From Eledone cirrhosa (Eukaryota), in the NCBI GenBank assembly GCA_964016885.1, contig OZ024740.1, forward strand, positions 19,220,001 through 19,284,000: 64,000 bases of DNA, read 5' to 3'. The position numbers and the translations under genes were made by a program. This document shows positions 1 to 18,000 of this stretch, in pieces; the first letter of the stretch is position 1, and each line of letters opens with the position of its first letter. The notes beneath the pieces are model-generated. The model saw only the letters and a list, made by a program, of their open reading frames with translations. It had not been told where the DNA came from and searched no databases.

Positions 1-3000
1 TTACCACCAACACTACATTACCACAAACACTACCTTACCACCAACACTGTCTTACCACCAACATTACCTTACCACCAACACTATCTTACCACCAACACTA
101 TCTTACCACCAACTCTATCTTACCACCAACACTACATTACCACAAACACTACCTTACCACCAACACTATCTTACCACCAACACTACCTTAAGACCAACAC
201 TACCTTACCACCAACACTGTCTTACCACCAACACTACCTTACCACCAACACTGTCTTACCACCAACACTAACTTACCACCAACACTGTCTTACCACAAAA
301 ACTACCTTACCACCAACACTATCTTACCACCAACACTACCTTAAGACCAACACTACCTTACCACCAACACTGTCTTACCACCAACACTAACTTACCACCA
401 ACACTGTCTTGCCACGAACACTACCTTACCACCAACACTACCTTACCACCAACACTGTCTTACCACAAACACTACCTTACCACCAACACTATCTTACCAC
501 CAACACTACCTTACCACCAACACTACCTTACCACCAACACTAACTTACCACCAACACTAACCTACCACCAACACTACCTTACCACCAACACTGTCTTACC
601 ACCAACACTACATTACCACCAACACTAGCTTACCACCAACACTACCTTACCACCAACACTGACTTACCACCAACATTACCTTACCACCAACACTATCTTA
701 CCACCAACACTAGCTTACCACCAACACTATCTTACCACCAATTCTATCTTACCACCAACACTACCTTACCACCAACACTACCTTACCACCAACACTACCT
801 TACCACCAACACTAACTTACCACCAACACTGTCTTACCACGAACACTACCTTACCAGCAACACTATCTTACCACCAACACTACCTTACCAACAACACTAC
901 CTTACCACCAACACTACCTTACCACAAACACTACCTTACCACCAACACTATCTTACCACCAACACTACCTTACCACCAACACTGTCTGACCACAAACACT
1001 GTCTTACCACGAACACTACCTTACCACCCACACTATCTTACCACCAACACTACCTTACCACCAACACTATCTTACCACCAACACTACCTTACCACCAACA
1101 CTACCTTACCACCAACACTAACTTACCACCAACACTAACCTACCAAAAACACTACCTTACCACCAACACTGTCTTACCACCAACACTACATTACCACGAA
1201 CACTAGCTTACCACCAACACTACCTTACCACCAACACTGTCTTACCACCAACATTACCTTACCACCAACACTATCTTACCACCAACACTACCTTACCACC
1301 AACACTATCTTACCACCAACTCTATCTTACCACCAACACAACATTACCACAAACACTACCTTACCACCAACACTGTCTTACCACCAACATTACCTTACCA
1401 CCAACACTATCTTACCACCAACACTACCTTACCACCAACACTATCTTACCACCAACTCTATCTTACCACCAACACTACATTACCACAAACACTACCTTAC
1501 CACCAACACTATCTTACCACCAACACTACCTTAAGACCAACACTACCTTACCACCAACACTGTCTTACCACCAACACTACCTTACCACCAACACTACCTT
1601 ACCACCAACACTACCTTACCAGCAACACTACCTTACCACCAACACTACCTTACACCAACACTACCTTATCACAAACACTACTTTACCACCAACACTATCT
1701 TACCACCAACACTACCTTACCACCAACACTATCTTACCACTAACACTATCTTACCACCAACACTATCTTACCACCAACACTACCTTAAAACCAACACTAC
1801 CATACCACCAACACTACCTTAACACACACACTACATTACCACCTACACTACCTTACCACCAACACTGTCTTACCACAAACACTACCTTACCTCCAACACT
1901 GTCTTACCACCAACACTATATTACCACCAACACTACATTAACACCTACACTACCTTACCACCAACACTACCTACCACCAACACTACCTTACCACGAACAC
2001 TATCTTACCACCAACATTGTCTTAAAACCAACACTACCTTACCACCAACACTACCTTACCACCAACACTAAATTCCCCCTACACTACCTTACCACCAACA
2101 CTATCTTACCACCAACACAACCTTACCACCAACACTACCTTTCCATCATCACTAACTTACAACCAACACTATCTTACCACGAACACTGTCTTATCACCAA
2201 CACTAACTTACCAGCAACAGAACCTTACCACCAACACTACCTTACCACCAACACAACCTTACCAACAAACTACCTTACCACCTACACTAGCATACCACGA
2301 ACACTATCTTACCACCATCAGTACCTTACCACCAACACTAGCTTACCACCAACTCTACCTTACCACCAACACTATCTTACCACTAACACTATCTTAACAC
2401 CAACACTACCTGACCACCAACACTGTCTTACCACCAACACTACCTTACCACCAACACTACCTTATCACAAACACTACTTTACCACCAACACTATCTTACC
2501 ACTAAAACTACCTTACCACCAACGCTATCTTACCACCAACACTATCTTACCACTAACACTACCTTACCACCAACGCTATCTTACCACCAACACTGTCTTA
2601 CCACCAACACTAACTTACCACCAACACTGTCTTACCACCAACACTACCTTACCACCAACACTGTCTTACCACAAACACTACCTTACCACCAACACTATCT
2701 TACCACCAACACTATCTTACCACCAACACTACCATACCACCAACACTGTTTAACCACCAACACTGTCTTACCACCAACACTACCTTACCACCAACACTAT
2801 CTTACCACCAACACTGTTTAACCACCAACACTACCTACCACCAACACTACCTTACCACCAACACTAGCTTACCACCAACACTACCTTACCACCAACACTG
2901 TCTTACCACCAACATTACCTTACCACCAACACTATCTTACCACCAACACTACCTTACCACCAACACTATCTTACCACCAACTCTATCTTACCACCGACAC

Positions 3001-6000
3001 AACATTACCACAAACACTACCTTACCACCAACACTGTCTTACCACCAACATTACCTTACCACCAACACTATCTTACCACCAACACTACCTTACCACCAAC
3101 ACTATCTTACCACCAACTCTATCTTACCACCAACACTACATTACCACAAACACTACCTTACCACCAACACTATCTTACCACCAACACTACCTTAAGACCA
3201 ACACTACCTTACCACCAACACTGTCTTACCACTAACACTACCTTACCACCAACACTACCTTACCACCAACACTACCTTACCAGCAACACTACCTTACCAC
3301 CAACACTACCTTACACCAACACTACCTTATCACAAACACTACTTTACCACCAACACTATCTTACCACCAACACTACCTTACCACCAACACTATCTTACCA
3401 CTAACACTATCTTACCACCAACACTATCTTACCACCAACACTACCTTAAAACCAACACTACCATACCACCAACACTACCTTAACACACACACTACATTAC
3501 CACCTACACTACATTACCACCAACACTGTCTTACCACCAACACTACCTCACCACCAACACTGTCTTACCACCAACACTATATTACCACCAACACTACATT
3601 AACACCTACACTACCTTACCACCAACACTACCTACCACCAACACTACCTTACCACGAACACTATCTTACCACCAACATTGTCTTAAAACCAACACTACCT
3701 TACCACCAACACTACCTTACCACCAACACTAAATTCCCACCTACACTACCTTACCACCAACACTATCTTACCACCAACACAACCTTACCACCAACACTAC
3801 CTTTCCATCATCACTAACTTACAACCAACACTATCTTACCACGAACACTGTCTTATCACCAACACTAACTTACCAGCAACAGAACCTTACCACCAACACT
3901 ACCTTACCACCAACACAACCTTACCAACAAACTACCTTACCACCTACACTAGCATACCACGAACACTATCTTACCACCATCAGTACCTTACCACCAACAC
4001 TAGCTTACCACCAACTCTACCTTACCACCAACACTATCTTACCACTAACACTATCTTAACACCAACACTACCTGACCACCAACACCGTCTTACCACCAAC
4101 ACTACCTTACCACCAACACTACCTTATCACAAACACTACTTTACCACCAACACTATCTTACCACTAACACTACCTTACCACCAACGCTATCTTACCACCA
4201 ACACTATCTTACCACTAACACTACCTTACCACCAACGCTATCTTACCACCAACACTGTCTTACCACCAACACTAACTTACCACCAACACTGTCTTACCAC
4301 CAACACTACCTTACCACCAACACTGTCTTACCACAAACACTACCTTACCACCAACACTATCTTACCACCAACACTATCTTACCACCAACACTACCATACC
4401 ACCAACACTGTTTAACCACCAACACTGTCTTACCACCAACACTACCTTACCACCAACACTATCTTACCACCAACACTGTTTAACCACCAACACTACCTAC
4501 CACCAACACTACCTTACCACCAACACTAGCTTACCACCAACACTACCTTACCACCAACACTGTCTTACCACCAACATTACCTTACCACCAACACTATCTT
4601 ACCACCAACACTACCTTACCACCAACACTATCTTACCACCAACTCTATCTTACCACCAACCCTACATTACCACAAACACTACCTTACCACCAACACTATC
4701 ATGCCACCAACTCTATCTTACCACCAACACTACATTACCACAAACACTACCTTACCACCAACACTGTCTTACCACCAACATTACCTTACCACCAACACTA
4801 TCTTACCACCAACACTATCTTACCACCAACTCTATCTTACCACCAACACTACATTACCACAAACACTACCTTACCACCAACACTATCTTACCACCAACAC
4901 TACCTTAAGACCAACACTACCTTACCACCAACACTGTCTTACCACCAACACTACCTTACCACCAACACTGTCTTACCACCAACACTAACTTACCACCAAC
5001 ACTGTCTTACCACAAAAACTACCTTACCACCAACACTATCTTACCACCAACACTACCTTAAGACCAACACTACCTTACCACCAACACTGTCTTACCACCA
5101 ACACTAACTTACCACCAACACTGTCTTGCCACCAACACTACCTTACCACCAACACTACCTTACCACCAACACTGTCTTACCACAAACACTACCTTACCAC
5201 CAACACTATCTTACCACCAACACTACCTTACCACCAACACTACCTTACCACCAACACTAACTTACCACCAACACTAACCTACCACCAACACTACCTTACC
5301 ACCAACACTGTCTTACCACCAACACTACATTACCACCAACACTAGCTTACCACCAACACTACCTTACCACCAACACTGACTTACCACCAACATTACCTTA
5401 CCACCAACACTATCTTACCACCAACACTAGCTTACCACCAACACTATCTTACCACCAATTCTATCTTACCACCAACACTACCTTACCACCAACACTACCT
5501 TACCACCAACACTACCTTACCACCAACACTAACTTACCACCAACACTGTCTTACCACGAACACTACCTTACCAGCAACACTATCTTACCACCAACACTAC
5601 CTTACCAACAACACTACCTTACCACCAACACTACCTTACCACAAACACTACCTTACCACCAACACTATCTCACCACCAACACTACCTTACCACCAACACT
5701 GTCTGACCACAAACACTGTCTTACCACGAACACTACCTTACCACCCACACTATCTTACCACCAACACTACCTTACCACCAACACTATCTTACCACCAACA
5801 CTATCTTACCACCAACACTACCTTACCACCAACACTACCTTACCACCAACACTAACTTACCACCAACACTAACCTACCACCAACACTACCTTACCACCAA
5901 CACTGTCTTACCACCAACACTACATTACCACCAACACTAGCTTACCACCAACACTACCTTACCACCAACACTGTCTTACCACCAACATTACCTTACCACC

Positions 6001-9000
6001 AACACTATCTTACCACCAACACTACCTTACCACCAACACTATCTTACCACCAACACTATCTTACCACCAACTCTATCTTACCACCAACACAACATTACCA
6101 CAAACACTACCTTACCACCAACACTGTCTTACCACCAACATTACCTTACCACCAACACTATCTTACCACCAACACTACCTTACCACCAACACTATCTTAC
6201 CACCAACTCTATCTTACCACCAACACTACATTACCACAAACACTACCTTACCACCAACACTATCTTACCACCAACACTACCTTAAGACCAACACTACCTT
6301 ACCACCAACACTGTCTTACCACCAACACTACCTTACCACCAACACTACCTTACCACCAACACTACCTTACCAGCAACACTACCTTACCACCAACACTACC
6401 TTACACCAACACTACCTTATCACAAACACTACTTTACCACCAACACTATCTTACCACCAACACTACCTTACCACCAACACTATCTTACCACTAACACTAT
6501 CTTACCACCAACACTATCTTACCACCAACACTACCTTAAAACCAACACTACCATACCACCAACACTACCTTAACACACACACTACATTACCACCTACACT
6601 ACCTTACCACCAACACTGTCTTACCACAAACACTACCTTACCTCCAACACTGTCTTACCACCAACACTATATTACCACCAACACTACATTAACACCTACA
6701 CTACCTTACCACCAACACTACCTACCACCAACACTACCTTACCACGAACACTATCTTACCACCAACATTGTCTTAAAACCAACACTACCTTACCACCAAC
6801 ACTACCTTACCACCAACACTAAATTCCCACCTACACTACCTTACCACCAACACTATCTTACCACCAACACAACCTTACCACCAACACTACCTTTCCATCA
6901 TCACTAACTTACAACCAACACTATCTTACCACGAACACTGTCTTATCACCAACACTAACTTACCAGCAACAGAACCTTACCACCAACACTACCTTACCAC
7001 CAACACAACCTTACCAACAAACTACCTTACCACCTACACTAGCATACCACGAACACTATCTTACCACCATCAGTACCTTACCACCAACACTAGCTTACCA
7101 CCAACTCTACCTTACCACCAACACTATCTTACCACTAACACTATCTTAACACCAACACTACCTGACCACCAACACTGTCTTACCACCAACACTACCTTAC
7201 CACCAACACTACCTTATCACAAACACTACTTTACCACCAACACTATCTTACCACTAACACTACCTTACCACCAACGCTATCTTACCACCAACACTATCTT
7301 ACCACTAACACTACCTTACCACCAACGCTATCTTACCACCAACACTGTCTTACCACCAACACTAACTTACCACCAACACTGTCTTACCACCAACACTACC
7401 TTACCACCAACACTGTCTTACCACAAACACTACCTTACCACCAACACTATCTTACCACCAACACTATCTTACCACCAACACTACCATACCACCAACACTG
7501 TTTAACCACCAACACTGTCTTACCACCAACACTACCTTACCACCAACACTATCTTACCACCAACACTGTTTAACCACCAACACTACCTACCACCAACACT
7601 ACCTTACCACCAACACTAGCTTACCACCAACACTACCTTACCACCAACACTGTCTTACCACCAACATTACCTTACCACCAACACTATCTTACCACCAACA
7701 CTACCTTACCACCAACACTATCTTACCACCAACTCTATCTTACCACCAACCCTACATTACCACAAACACTACCTTACCACCAACACTATCATGCCACCAA
7801 CTCTATCTTACCACCAACACTACATTACCACAAACACTACCTTACCACCAACACTGTCTTACCACCAACATTACCTTACCACCAACACTATCTTACCACC
7901 AACACTATCTTACCACCAACTCTATCTTACCACCAACACTACATTACCACAAACACTACCTTACCACCAACACTATCTTACCACCAACACTACCTTAAGA
8001 CCAACACTACCTTACCACCAACACTGTCTTACCACCAACACTACCTTACCACCAACACTGTCTTACCACCAACACTAACTTACCACCAACACTGTCTTAC
8101 CACAAAAACTACCTTACCACCAACACTATCTTACCACCAACACTACCTTAAGACCAACACTACCTTACCACCAACACTGTCTTACCACCAACACTAACTT
8201 ACCACCAACACTGTCTTGCCACCAACACTACCTTACCACCAACACTACCTTACCACCAACACTGTCTTACCACAAACACTACCTTACCACCAACACTATC
8301 TTACCACCAACACTACCTTACCACCAACACTACCTTACCACCAACACTAACTTACCACCAACACTAACCTACCACCAACACTACCTTACCACCAACACTG
8401 TCTTACCACCAACACTACATTACCACCAACACTAGCTTACCACCAACACTACCTTACCACCAACACTGACTTACCACCAACATTACCTTACCACCAACAC
8501 TATCTTACCACCAACACTAGCTTACCACCAACACTATCTTACCACCAATTCTATCTTACCACCAACACTACCTTACCACCAACACTACCTTACCACCAAC
8601 ACTACCTTACCACCAACACTAACTTACCACCAACACTGTCTTACCACGAACACTACCTTACCAGCAACACTATCTTACCACCAACACTACCTTACCAACA
8701 ACACTACCTTACCACCAACACTACCTTACCACAAACACTACCTTACCACCAACACTATCTTACCACCAACACTACCTTACCACCAACACTGTCTGACCAC
8801 AAACACTGTCTTACCACGAACACTACCTTACCACCCACACTAGCTTACCACGAACACTACCTTACCACCAACACTGTCTTACCACCAACATTACCTTACC
8901 ACCAACACTATCTTACCACCAACACTGTCTTACCACCAACATTACCTTACCACCAACACTATCTTACCACCAACACTACCTTACCACCAACACTATCTTA

Positions 9001-12000
9001 CCACCAACTCTATCTTACCACCAACACTACATTACCACAAACACTACCTTACCACCAACACTATCTTACCACCAACACTATCTTACCACCAACACTACCT
9101 TACCACCAACACTGTCTTACCACCAACACTATCTTACCACCAACTCTATCTTACCACCAACACTAACTTAAGACCAACACTACATTACCACCAACACTAC
9201 ATTACCACCAACACTACCTTACCACTGACACTACCTTACCACCGACACTGTCTTACCACCAACACTACCTTACCACCAACACTACCTTACCACCAACACT
9301 ACCTTACCACCAACACTACCTTACCACCAACACTACCTTACCACTAACACTACCTTACCACCAACACTACCTTACCACCAACACTACCTTACCACCAACA
9401 CTAATTTACCACCAACACTAACTTACCACCAACACTATCTTACCACCAACACTGTCTTACCACGAACACTACCTTACCAGCAACACTATCTTACCACCAA
9501 CACTATCTTACCACCAACACTGTCTTACCACGAACACTACCTTACCACCAACACTAACTTACCACCAACACTGTCTTACCACGAACACTACCTTACCAGC
9601 AACACTCTCTTACCACCAACACTATCTTACCACCAACACTACCTTACCACCAACAATAACTTACCACCAACACTGTCTTACCACCAACTCTATCTTACCA
9701 CCAACACTATCTTACCACCAATACTATCTTACCACCAACACTACCTTACCCCCAACACTGTCTTACCACGAACACTACCTTACCAGCAACACTACCTTAC
9801 CAGCAACACTATCTTACCACCAACACTATCTTACCACCAACACTACCTTACCACAAACACTACCTTACCAGCAACACTACCTTACCACCAACACTGTCTT
9901 ACCACCAACACTATCTTACCACCAACACTATCTTACCACCAACACTACCTTACCACCAACACTACCTTACCACCAACACTACCTTACCACCAACACTATC
10001 TTACCACCAACACTACCTTACCACCAACACTATCTAACCACCAACACTACATTACCACCAACACTACCTTATCACCAACACTGTCTTACCACCAACACTA
10101 CCTTAGCACCAACACTACCTTACCACCAACACTACCTTACCACCAACACTATCTTACCACCAACACTACCTTACCACCAACACTGCCTAACCACCAACAC
10201 TATCTTACCACCAACACTACCTAACCACCAACACTGTCTTACCACCAACACTACATTACCACAAACACTACCTTAACACCAACACTATCTTACCACCAAC
10301 ACTATCTTACCACCAACACTACCTAACCACCAACACTGTCTTACCACCAACACTACCTTAGCACCAACACTACATTACCACCAACACTACCTTACCACCA
10401 ACACTACCTTACCACCAACACTATCTTACCACCAACACTATCTTACCACCAACACTACCTAACCACCCACACTGTCTTACCAACAACACTATCTTACCAC
10501 CAACACTATCTTACCACCGACACGATCTTACCACCAACACTGTCTTACCACCAACACTATCTTACCACCATCACTACCTTACCACCAACACTACCTTACC
10601 ACCAACACTACCTTACCACCAACTCTATCTTAACACCAACACTGTCTTACCACTAACACTATCTTACCACCCACACTGTCTTACCAACAACACTATCTGA
10701 CCACCAACACTATCTTCCACCAACACTATCTTACCACCAACACTATCTTACCACCATCACTACCTTACCACCAACACTATCTTACCACCAACACTGCCTT
10801 ACCACCAACACTGTCTTACCACCAATACTACCTTACCACCAACACTATCTTACCACCCACACTGTCTTACCACCAACACTACCTTAGCACCAACACTATC
10901 TTACCACCAACACTACCTTACCACCAACACTGTCTTACCACCAACCCTATCTTACCACCAACAATACCTTACCACCAACACTACCTTACCACCTAAACTA
11001 CCTTACCACTAACACTACCTTACAACAAACACTACCATACCACCAACACTACCTTACCACCAACACTACCTTACCACCAACACTACCTTGCCACGAACAC
11101 TGTCCTACCACCAACACTACCTTAAGACCAACACTACATTACCACCAACACTACCTTACCACCAACACTACCTTACCACCAACACTACCTTACCACCAAC
11201 ACTACTTTACACCAACACTACCTTATCACAAACACTACTTTACCACCAACACTATCTTACCACCAACACTACCTTACCACCAACACTATCTTACCACTAA
11301 CAGTATCTTACCACCAACACTATCTTACCACCAACACTACCTTAAAACCAACACTACCATACCACCAACACTACCTTAACACACACACTACATTACCACC
11401 TACACTACCTTACCACCAACACTGTCTTACCACCAACACTACCTTACCACCAACACTGTCTTACCACCAACACTATATTACCACCAACACTATATTACCA
11501 CCAACACTACATTAACACCTACACTACCTTACCACCAACACTACCTTACCACGAACACTATCTTACCACCAACATTGTCTTAAAACCAACACTACCTTAC
11601 CACCAACACTACCTTACCACCAACACTAAATTCCCACCTACACTACCTTACCACCAACACTATCTTACCACCAACACAACCTTACCACTAACACTACCTT
11701 TCCATCATCACTAACTTACAACCAACACTATCTTACCACGAACACTGTCTTATCACTACACTAACTTACCAGCAACAGAACCTTACCACCAACACTACCT
11801 TACCACCAACACAACCTTACCACCAAACTACCTTACCACCTACACTAGCATACCACGAACACTATCTTACCACCATCAGTACCTTACCACCAACACTAGC
11901 TTACCACCAACACTACCTTACCACTAACACTATCTTAACACCAACACTACCTGACCACCAACACTGTCTTACCACCAACACTACCTTACCACCAACACTA

Positions 12001-15000
12001 CCTTATCACAAACACTACTTTACCACCAACACTATCTTACCACTAACACTACCTTACCACCAACGCTATCTTACCACCAACACTATCTTACCACCAACAC
12101 TACCTTGCCACCAACACTGTCTTACCACCAACACTAACTTTCCACCAACACTGTCTTACCACCAACACTACCTTACCACCAACACTGTCTTACCACAAAC
12201 ACTACCTTACCACCAACACTATCTTACCACCAACACTATCTTACCACCAACACTACCATACCATCAACATTGTCTTACCACCAACACTACCTTACCACCA
12301 ACACTATCTTACCACCAACACTGTTTAACTACCAACACTACCTTACCACCAACACTACCTTACCACCAACACTAGCTTACCACCAACACTACCTTACCAC
12401 CAACACTGTCTTACCACCAATATTACCTTACCACCAACACTATCTTACCACCAACACTACCTTACCACCAACACTATCTTACCACCAACTCTATCTTACC
12501 ACCAACACTACATTACCACAAACACTACCTTACCACCAACACTATCTTACCACCAACTCTATCTTACCACCAACACTACATTACCACAAACTCTACCTTA
12601 CCACCAACACTGTCTTACCACCAACATTACCTTACCACCAACACTATCTTACCACCAACACTACCTTACCACCAACTCTATCTTACCACCAACACTACAT
12701 TACCACAAACACTACCTTACCACCAACTCTATCTTACCACCAACACTACATTACCACAAACACTACCTTACCACCAACACTATCTTACCACCAACACTAC
12801 CTTAAGACCAACACTACATTACCACCAACACTACCTTACCACCAACACTATCTTACCACCAACACTACCTTACCACCAACACTATCTTACCACCAACTCT
12901 ATCTTACCACCAACACTACATTACCACAAACACTACCTTACCACCAACACTATCTTACCACCAACACTACCTTACCACCAACACTGTCTGACCACAAACA
13001 CTGTCTTACCACCAACACTACCTTACCACCAACACTAGCTTACCACCAACACTACCTTACCACCAACACTGTCTTACCACCAACATTACCTTACCACCAA
13101 CACTATCTTACCACCAACACTACCTTACCACCAACACTATCTTACCACCAGCACTACCTTACCACCAACACTGTCTGACCACAAACACTGTCTTACCACC
13201 AACACTACCTTACCACCAACACTAGCTTACCACAAACACTACCTTACCACCAACACTGTTTACCACCAACATTACCTTACCTCAACACTATCTTACCACC
13301 AAAACTACCTTACCACCAACCCTATCTTACCACCAACTCTATCTTACCACCAACACTACATTACCACAAACACTACCTTACCACCAACACTACCTTAAGA
13401 CCAACACTACATTACCACCAACACTACCTTACCACCAACACTACCTTACCACCGACACTACCTTACCACCGACACTGTCTTACCACCAACACTACCTTAC
13501 CACCAACACTACCTTACCACCAACATAACCTTACCACCAACACTACCTTACCACCAACACTAACTTACCACTAACACTACCTTACCACCAACACTACCTT
13601 ACCACCAACACTACCTTACCACCAACACTAACTTACCACCAACACTAACTTACCACCAACACTACCTTACCACCAACACTAACTTACCACCAACACTGTC
13701 TTACCACGAACACTACCTTACCAGCAACATTATCTTCCCACTAACACTACCTTACCACCAACACTATCTTACCACCAACACTACCTTACCACCTACACTA
13801 CCTTACCACCAACTCTACTTACCACCAACTCTATCTTACCACCAACACTACCTTACCACCAACACTACCTTACCACCAACTCTATCTTACCACCAACACT
13901 ACATTACCACAAACACTACCTTACCAGCAACACTACGTTACCACCAACACTGTCTTACCACCAACACTATCTTACCACCAACACTACCTTACCACCAACA
14001 CTGTCTTACCACCAACACTACCTTACCACCAACACTACCTTACCACCAACACTACCTTACCACCAACCCTACCTTACCACTAACACTACCTTACCACCAA
14101 CACTACCATACCACCAACACTACCTTACCACCAACACTATCTTTCCACCAACACTACCTTACCACCAACACTACCTTACCACCAACACTGTCTTACCACC
14201 AACACTACCTTAGCACCAACACTACCTTACCACCAACACTACCTTACCACCAACACTATCTTACCACCAACACTACCTTACCACCAACACTACCTAACCA
14301 CCAACACTGTCTTACCACCAACACTACCTAACCACCAACACTGTCTTACCACCAACACTACATTACCACCAACACTACCTTACCACCAACACTATCTTAC
14401 CACCAACACTACCTAACCACCAACACTGTCTTACCACAAACACTACATTACCACCAACACTACCTTACCACCAACACTATCTTACCACCAACACTATCTT
14501 ACCACCAACACTACCTAACCACCAACACTGTCTTACCACCAACACTACCTTACCACCAACACTACCTAACCACCAACACTGTCTTACCACCAACACTACA
14601 TTACCACCAACACTACCTAACCACCAACACTGTCTTACCACCAACACTACCTAACCACCAACACTGTCTTACCACCAACACTACATTACCACCAACACTA
14701 CCTTAGCACCAACACTATCTTACCACCAACACAATCTTACCACCGACACTACCGAACCACCCACACTGTCTTACCAACAACACTATCTTACCACCAACAC
14801 TATCTTACCACCGACACTATCTTACCACCAACACTGTCTTACCACCAACACTATCTTACCACCATCACTACCTCACCACCAACACTACCTTACCACCAAC
14901 ACTACCTTACCACCAACACTATCTTACCACCAACACTGTCTTACCAACAACACTATCTTACCACCCACACTGTCTTACCAACAACACTAACTTACCACCA

Positions 15001-18000
15001 ACACTATCTTACCACCAACACTATCTTACCACCAACACTATCTTACCACCAACACTACCTTACCACCAACACTACCTTGCCACCGACACTACCTTACCAC
15101 AAACACTAATTTACCACCAACACTATCTTACCACCAACACTGTCTTACCATCAACATTACCTTAGCACCAACACTATCTTACCACCAACACTACCTTACC
15201 ACCAACACTGTCTTACCACCAATACTACCTTACCACCAACACTACCTTACCTCCAACACTGTCTTACCACCAACACTACCTTACCACCAACACTACCTTA
15301 CCACCAACACTACTTTGCCACCAACACTGTCTTACCATCAACACTAACTTAAGACCAACACTACATTACCACCAACACTACCTTACCACCAACACTACCT
15401 TACCACCAACACTGTCTTACCACCAACACTACCTTACCACCAACAGTACCTTACCACCAACACTACCTTACCACCAACACTACCTTACCACTAACACTAT
15501 CTTTCCACCAACACTACCTTACCACCAACACTATCTTACCACCAACACTACCTTACCACTAACACTACCTTACCACCAACACTACCTTACCACCAACACT
15601 ACCTTACCACTAACACTACCTTACCACCAACTCTACCTTACCACCAACACTATCTTTCCACCAACTCTATCTTACCACCAACCGTACCTTACCACAAACA
15701 CTACCTTACCACCAACACTGTCTTACCACCAACACTACCTTAAGACCAACACTACATTACCACCAACACTACCTTACCACCAACACTACCTTACCACCAA
15801 CACTACCTTACCACCAACACTACCTTACCACCAACACTACCTTACCACCAACACTACCTTACCACCAACACTACCTTACCACCAACTCTACCTTACCACC
15901 AACACTACCTTACCACCAACACTACCTTACCACCAACACTACCTTTCCACCAACACTACCTTACCACCAACACTACCTTACCACCAACACTACCTTACCA
16001 CTAACACTACCTTACCACTAACACTACCTTAGCACCAAGTCTACCTTACCACCAACACTACCTTACCACCAACACTACCTTACCACCAACACTATCTTAC
16101 CACAAACACTACCTTACCACCAACACTATCTTACCACCAACACTATCTTACCACCTACACTACCTTACCACCAACACTATCTTACCACCAACACTACCTT
16201 ACCACCAACACTATCTTACCACCAACTCTACCTTACCACCAACACTATCTTACCACCAACACTGTCTTACTAACATCACTATCTTACCACCAACACTATC
16301 TTACCACCAACACTACCTTACCACCAACACTGTCTTACCAACAACACTACCTTACAAACCAACACTGTCTTACCACCAACACTATCTTACCACCAACACT
16401 ACCTTACCACCAACACTGTCTTAACACCAACACTACCTTACCATCAACACTAACTTAAGACCAACACTACATTACCACCAACACTACCTTACCACCAACA
16501 CTACCTTTCCACCAACACTGTCTTACCACCAACACTACCTTACCACCAACAGTACCTTACCACCAACACTACCTTACCACCAACACTACCTTACCACTAA
16601 CACTATCTTTCCACCAACACTACCTTACCACCAACACTATCTTACCACCAACACTACCTTACCACTAACACTACCTTACCACCAACACTACCTTACCACC
16701 AACACTACCTTACCACTAACCCTACCTTACCACCAACTCTACCTTACCACCAACACTATCTTTCCACCAACTCTATCTTACCACCAACCGTACCTTACCA
16801 CAAACACTACCTTACCAGCAACACTACCTTACCACCAACACTGTCTTACCACCAACACTACCTTACCACCAACACTGTCTTACCACCAACACTACCTTAA
16901 GACCAACACTACATTACCACAAACACTACCTTACCACCAACACTACCTTACCACCAACACTACCTTACCAACAACACTACCTTACCACCAACACTACCTT
17001 ACTACCAACCAACACTACCTTACCACCAACACTACCTTACCACCAACACTACCTTACCACCAACATTACCTTACCACCAACACTACCTTACCACTAACAC
17101 TACCTTACCACTAACACTACCTTAGCACCAACTCTACCTTACCACCAAGACTACCTTACCACCAACACTACCTTACCACCAACACTATCTTACCACAAAC
17201 ACTACCTTACCACCAACACTATCTTACCACCAACACTATCTTACCACCTACACTACCTTACCACCAACACTATCTTACCACCAACACTACCTTACCACCA
17301 ACACTATCTTACCACCAACGCTATCTTACCACCAACACTACCTTACCACCAACACTACCTTACCACCAACACTACCTTACCACCAACACTACCTTACCAC
17401 CAACACTATCTTACCACCAACACTACCTTACCACCAACACTATCTTACCACCAACACTACATTACCACCAACACTACCTTATCACCAACACTGTCTTACC
17501 ACCAACACTACCTTAGCACCAACACTACCTTACCACCAACACTACCTTACCACCAACACTATCTTACCACCAACACTACCTTACCACCAACACTGCCTAA
17601 CCACCAACACTATCTTACCACCAACACTACCTAACCACCAACACTGTCTTACCACCAACACTACATTACCACAAACACTACCTTAACACCAACACTATCT
17701 TACCACCAACACTATCTTACCACCAACACTACCTAACCACCAACACTGTCTTACCACCAACACTACCTTAGCACCAACACTACATTACCACCAACACTAC
17801 CTTACCACCAACACTACCTTACCACCAACACTATCTTACCACCAACACTATCTTACCACCAACACTACCTAACCACCCACACTGTCTTACCAACAACACT
17901 ATCTTACCACCAACACTATCTTACCACCGACACGATCTTACCACCAACACTGTCTTACCACCAACACTATCTTACCACCATCACTACCTTACCACCAACA